From Octopus vulgaris (Eukaryota): a stretch of DNA of 64,000 nt. Positions 58,490-64,000 of this stretch are shown in pieces. Under the pieces are notes generated by a model. The model worked only from the letters and a program-made list of their open reading frames with translations. It was not told the origin of the DNA and made no database searches. Numbering within the stretch: the first letter of the stretch is position 1; each line of letters starts with the position of its first letter. The position numbers and the translations under genes were made by a program. Where the stretch lies: NCBI GenBank assembly GCA_951406725.2, contig OX597820.1, positions 38,750,001 through 38,814,000 on the forward strand, in the 5' to 3' direction.

Positions 58490-58950
58490 ATGAGTCGGGA
58501 TTTCGTCCCAGTATACATGGATGTAAACAGTGGAGATGGTGTGAGTGTTGCTGGGAGGCATGAGGATGCTCAAAAGGGCATGTGCTGGCACATAAATGCG
58601 TTAGTTCCAGCATTTGGTCCTCAAAAAAGGAGAGGTTGTCGCTGCTTGCATAGTGCAGTATCAGAAGCAACGGACCTGATTCTTCCGCTTGGATTCCCAA
58701 AGGTGATCTACTGAGACCAAGAATATCATCTCGTTCATGGTCTCCACCCGGGATTTCTGCTGATTGACTCGGCTTCAAGAATCCGTCTTGTGATTCTTTC
58801 CTGCGACATCCTAATCACATGCCTTTAATAGCGGACCTATGACCTCTCAATGTGGAAAGATAACAACTCGATCTGGAGCTATTCCTCAATCGCCGAGCTT
58901 CATTTCAGGTGCTTGTATTCGCAATCGTACTCTTTCGATTCTCACCTAAC
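58490..58950 (-). mobile_element. RTE-clade LINE 3' fragment
   Basis: GHVIRMSQERITRRILEAE..RNPGWRP*TR resembles GHV.RM...R..K.......GRP..RW. Confidence 0.7.
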
Positions 58951-59799
58951 ATTTATGAATGTAGGTGAGGCAAAGCACAAAAACGGTTTTGAAGACAACG
59001 ATGTTTTGTTATTTTTTTATTTTACCGACCTCTCCTCTTTTGAAGATCAAATGCTGAAGCGGGTGCATTACTATGTCAGCACCAGCGAATTCTAGGATTC
59101 CATTCCGCCTCACACACTACCCACCACTTGTCAATACGGTCCTGAGATTCATAACCTGCACCACTTGTCTCGGTGATATTCCGCTAACAGAGTGCACTTG
59201 GATTAAAAACCATATTTCTCTAATTTCAAAATGGGTTTTCTTTTTGAAAATAACATTTTATAGCTCTTGTTGTTATTGTTATTACGGTTGTTGTTGGTAT
59301 TGCTGTTCTCGTTTTGTACACGCCAGATTGACTCTGATCAAGGAGATCTATAAAAGATTATTTTATATCCGTCAACATTCAGTTATATATATTCAATGTT
59401 ATATCATGCAATGTGCTCTATTTTGTTCGCTTTGAAACTTCATATGATGTATGTTAGACTTTGCTATTACATACCATACGTTCAGCGAACGATACAGACT
59501 TTATCGCTAACGAGAACGTAGTTAAAAATTTACTTAATGATAGTGATCTGTATAGGTTATCTATCAATTATTGTAACAATATATGCTCCTTATTCTGTTA
59601 AAACCGGCACTAGCGACAATAGGAAAACTATTATTGGTCTTGGTCTCATCGTTATTAACAATAACATATCATAAATGAACGCCATCGGCAATAAGCCATA
59701 CGGTTGTTTTTAGCTTGTGCCATTATTGTAACGTATTATCTGTAAACATATATGCGCGCGCGTAAACTCACAGGTATGTGTATGTATAGATAAACACAT

Positions 59800-59823
59800 A
59801 TGCATATATACAAACATACATAC

Positions 59824-59869
<46 letters not shown>

Positions 59870-59885
59870 GTATATATATATACAT

Positions 59886-59926
<41 letters not shown>

Positions 59927-60060
59927 CATATATATACATACACATATATATACATATATTTACATATATATATATAAATATATATATATATTTATATATA
60001 TATATATACATATATATATACACACACACACACATATATATATATATGTATATATATATT
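59800..60060. repeat. Compound (TA)n/(CA)n microsatellite
   Basis: Directly visible. Confidence 0.95.
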
Positions 60061-60190
60061 CGTTGCGACTTGCAATCTTTTCAAAGGTCATTGACTCTGA
60101 CCGTTATGGGAACTGCGCTCTTTTTTATTGTGAGTTTGTACCCATATATGTATGTGTGTGTGTGTACATCTATGTGTATATATATATATG

Positions 60191-60226
<36 letters not shown>

Positions 60227-60544
60227 TATGTGCACGTTTTTATGAATACATGCATGCAGTCTGCATATCTATGTGCTTGTGTGTTCATGTTTGTGTTTGT
60301 GTGTGTGTTCGTGTATGTGTGTGAGTTCATATATGTCCTTGTATGAAGTGTGCGTGTATGTATATGTTCATGTGTTAAAGTCTTGATTTGTATCTATGCA
60401 TATATGCATTATGTATCTGTGTCTCTGTGTGTTCCCGTCTGTCCGTATTACCTATGTACATATATATCTGTATATTTTCCTGCCCATATGCGTATCCATT
60501 TATTTACAAATATATATATACATATACACACATGCATATATATA

Positions 60545-60838
60545 TCACCGGGATCACCGTGACCGACCAGGCTATCATATGTTGCTACACATCGCATTGT
60601 TTTAGCCTTTAAATGACGCCACCCCGCTGGCTAAGCGAGCAGGCCAACAGAAGAAAGAGTGAGAGAAAGTTGTGGCGAAAGAGTACAGCCGGGATCGCCA
60701 ACATCCCCTGCCGGAGCCTCGTGGAGTTTTAGGTGTTTTCGCTCAATAAACATTCACAACGCCCGGTCTGGGAATCGAAACCGCGATCCTACGACCACGA
60801 GTCCGCTGCCCTAACTACTGGGCTATTGCGCCTTCACG
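60545..60838 (-). mobile_element. tRNA-derived SINE family D with an RTE-like 3' tail
   Basis: Head gtgaaggcgcaatagcccagtagttagggcagcggactcgtggtcgtaggatcgcggtttcgattcccagacc; tail gcgatgtgtagcaacatatgatagcctggtcggtcacggtgat. Confidence 0.85.
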
Positions 60839-61376
60839 TATATATATATATATATACAAAATCATAAATACGTAGACACACAGATACGCACACGCCTACA
60901 CGCCTGTATAAAAGCCTACATACAACACTGTCTGTGTGTATATAAACTGTGGGTATTGGGGTATGACACCTATGTACATTTCCTATTTAGTATGGGAATT
61001 TTCTATTAATGAGGACGTACTTGTTTCAGTGTTAGATTCATCGGATGCTTGGATAAAACACGGATGTCAATTTGACCCAGTGTGCCTCCATGTTGGTCTT
61101 TGGCTTGTTGGTAGAGTATGGAGGATTTATTTTTTTCGTCATATTTTCTCAAATATACATTTAGTACCTCCGCAGTGCTTCTACATGTCTCACCAGTGCT
61201 TATTATGTTCTTGTCTTTACGAGCACACTCCACGCAATTTATACTGTAGACTACATTTCTAGTTCTACAGTTAATGCCAAGGATAATACAGTACTATATT
61301 TAAGAGATGAACACTTATGTACATTATTTACATTATATATATTTGACGGATATTTGTCCTCATCTTGTTTGTTTTT

Positions 61377-61422
61377 AACACAACGTTTCGGCTGACATAC
61401 CTTCCAGCATTCATCAGGTGTC
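61377..61422 (-). ncRNA. Minimal type I hammerhead ribozyme (left copy)
   Basis: GACAC-CTGATGA-A-TGCTG-gaaggtatgt-CAGCC-GAAA-CG-TT-GTGTT. Confidence 0.75.
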
Positions 61423-61496
61423 TTGAGGAAATTTCAAACCTGGGTTCTCATTCCTAAGGTATTTTTTTTATGTTGTTATAATTATTATTATTATTC

Positions 61497-61570
61497 AGGT
61501 CACTACCTAGAATCGAACTCGGAATATTGGGTTTAGTAATCCGCGCTTTTAACCACTACGCCATATGCCC
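61497..61570 (-). promoter_or_regulatory. tRNA-like RNA polymerase III internal promoter (SINE head)
   Basis: A box TGGCGTAGTGG (61563-61553) and B box GAGTTCGATTC (61520-61510) at tRNA-like spacing. Confidence 0.8.
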
Positions 61571-61656
61571 GTGGGCATATGAAGAATAATAATAACAATA
61601 ATAACAACATCGAAAAATACCTTAGGCATGAGGAACCAGGTTCGAAATTTCCCCAA

Positions 61657-61702
61657 GACACCTGATGAAGGCTGGAGGGTATATCAGCTGAAACGTTGAG
61701 TT
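61657..61702 (+). ncRNA. Minimal type I hammerhead ribozyme (right copy)
   Basis: GACAC-CTGATGA-A-GGCTG-gagggtatat-CAGCT-GAAA-CG-TT-GAGTT. Confidence 0.72.
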
Positions 61703-62744
61703 AACAACAAACAAGATGAGGACAAATATCCATCAAATGTAAATAATGTAAATAATGTTAGGGTTAATCTTACAAAACATTTAGTTTTCATTGGTGCATG
61801 TGGTATTCTCATAGTTATGATATGCTTGAACTCCCTGGCTTTTCAACGATCTCAATGTGAAGTTTAGCCTCATTCAGAGCTTTCCTAAATCTACGGGCTA
61901 GTTCTCTATGGGGTGTGGCTTCTACAAACATCGCTGCTTGATACTTGTCGGTCTTGTACCACGTGTTCACCCTGTTTGCTTTGTCCCAAACTCTTTGTGT
62001 CGTATTCCAGTCTTTGCTTCTACATGTAAGGCATGTACTACTGATTTCATTACAATATAACGCTATCTAACTTCCTTCTAGCAAACCTGTCTACCCGAAC
62101 CCTATTCTTCTGATCATATCCAGATAATTGCATGCGATCCATGAAATTTTGTACTTGTTTCTTTGTTTCATAGGTTTCGCATACTGGGGACACGTTGTTC
62201 ATTATCCTAACTAGGTCTGCTATCAATATGTTAATTTTCATGTTGTATGATAAAGCTAAATTATTGCGAACAACATATTTAGAATCTATTTGGTTTGATG
62301 TAATAGGAGTGGAGGAGTTGCACTCTGTTGCTCATTATGATCCTCTCGGTTTCTACATTTCAGTTACTAGAGTTTGTCCAAACAGAGTCAACGACTATTG
62401 AAAAGCTTGTAAGACGCACTGCAAATTAAGGTACAGATAAAATAAATGAGTGGAAATCAGACCGGTGAGTGTGTTGAATCAATAAGGCGCTAAAGGAGTA
62501 TCACTCTCCCCAGACACAATAAAATAGGCTTCATCACACGAATTCACATAATGAAGCTTACAAAAAATATACATAAACGAAATATACATACATACACACA
62601 CATATATATATATACATACGTTTATACATATATATATATATAAATATATATATAAATGTGTATATATAAATATTCATACACATATACATATACATACACA
62701 CACACATATACATACATACACACACACATATATGAGCGAGATAG

Positions 62745-62782
<38 letters not shown>

Positions 62783-62785
62783 AGG

Positions 62786-62831
<46 letters not shown>

Positions 62832-62934
62832 AAGGGAGAGAAGGTCGTTTTATATTTGGTTTGGACCATATTCGATGTAAACTTGTGGTTTGAAACCCAA
62901 TATTGGCGTAATAATCCTTCCAAGGTACAATAAT

Positions 62935-63145
<211 letters not shown>

Positions 63146-63147
63146 TC

Positions 63148-63303
63148 TGTAAGGAATGTACCACTGGTTTCATTACCTATAACGCTATCCAAGTCACTTC
63201 TTGCACAGCTGTGTAGCCGAAACCTATCCTTCTGATCATATGCAGAGAATTGCATGCGATGCATGAAATTTTGTACGTGTTTCTTTGTTTCATAGGGTTC
63301 GCA
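63148..63303 (-). mobile_element. Second fragment of the Naiad-like PLE family
   Basis: CEPYETKKHVQNFMHRMQFSAYDQKDR parallels CETYETKKQVQNFMDRMQLSGYDQKNR at about 62030-62185. Confidence 0.85.
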
Positions 63304-64000
63304 TATATATATATATATAAATGTGTATATATATATATATATATACCAACAAACACTTAAGTGTGTGTGAATGTGAGTGTTTGTCCGTGTGTGCTGCAAT
63401 GTGTGTGTGTGTATGCATCATAAAACAGATACACACTGCGACATAAATTTCGAATTTTTACTGATAACGAGCTGTCATAGAAGCAGCTATCGGCGGAACT
63501 TTGAAGTCAACAACGCAATGTAGCCATACATCGGCATTGAGTATTTTTTTCATTTAATGCTCTTTCCTGCTGTGTCAAACCTTCTTTGAAAGCAAAAACA
63601 ATGCACACACACACACACACACACACACTCATACACACACACTCACGCTTGGATGTGTGTGAGTTTATGCATGCCATGCCATGCATTTACAAAAACCTGT
63701 TCATGTAAGTATTGAGAGAAAAGTGCATATACGTGTTCACATATTGGTATACGTTTCTTCCCTGGTATCGATTGTGCGTGCATTAACATTTACTCACGTA
63801 TGTAAGTCAAACCCCAACACAATTACATCCATACGTATATACTCTCATTAACACATTTATACTAATACAATTATACATACAGCAGCACTCAGACGCACTT
63901 GTGCTCATCCAAACAAGCATACTGATGTATACAATGGTAAGTAAGCACGGAAGCTATCGAAAAAATATAATGTACCAACAAAAGGAAAATATTTGAAACC

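Larger units (their letters stand above)
61287..61757. mobile_element. Head-to-head inverted dimer of a tRNA-headed, hammerhead-containing short element
   Basis: Arms about 61318-61496 and 61584-61757 are reverse complements; central hairpin catatgccc-gt-gggcatatg at 61562-61581; tRNA-like head retained only on the left copy. Confidence 0.9.
60936..62310 (-). mobile_element. Penelope-like element (Naiad-like), RT thumb, linker and GIY-YIG pseudogene, interrupted at 61287-61757
   Basis: ILIADLVRIMNNVS...QNFMDRMQLSGYDQKNR, WYKTDKYQAAMFVEATPHRELARRF, IEIVEKPG, then beyond the insertion GINCRTRNVVYSINCVEC...TGETCRS...SSILYQQAKDQHGG. Confidence 0.85.

Noticed and set aside
61497-61570. Functional tRNA gene
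   Set aside because: Acceptor and anticodon stems do not pair properly and there is no terminator; better explained as a SINE head

Overview
AT-rich, gene-free eukaryotic DNA, probably intronic or intergenic. It is saturated with (TA)n/(CA)n/(TATC)n/(TATG)n/(TAA)n microsatellites and decayed transposable elements. The repeat repertoire strongly suggests an octopus or other coleoid cephalopod (inference, no database search). No host protein-coding exon can be supported; nearly all listed ORFs are microsatellite read-throughs or TE remnants. Recognisable elements: several Penelope-like element (PLE) remnants of different GIY-YIG types, CR1-like, RTE and R4/Dong-like LINE fragments, four mariner copies, one intact non-autonomous Helitron, and several tRNA-derived SINE families including a head-to-tail array. 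The most interesting signal is at 61.3-61.8 kb. It is a short non-coding element joining a tRNA-like Pol III head (A and B boxes) to a minimal hammerhead ribozyme, present as a head-to-head inverted dimer inside a PLE. Other hammerhead-like motifs and long fold-back palindromes, some with their axes on hammerhead core elements, recur across the window.
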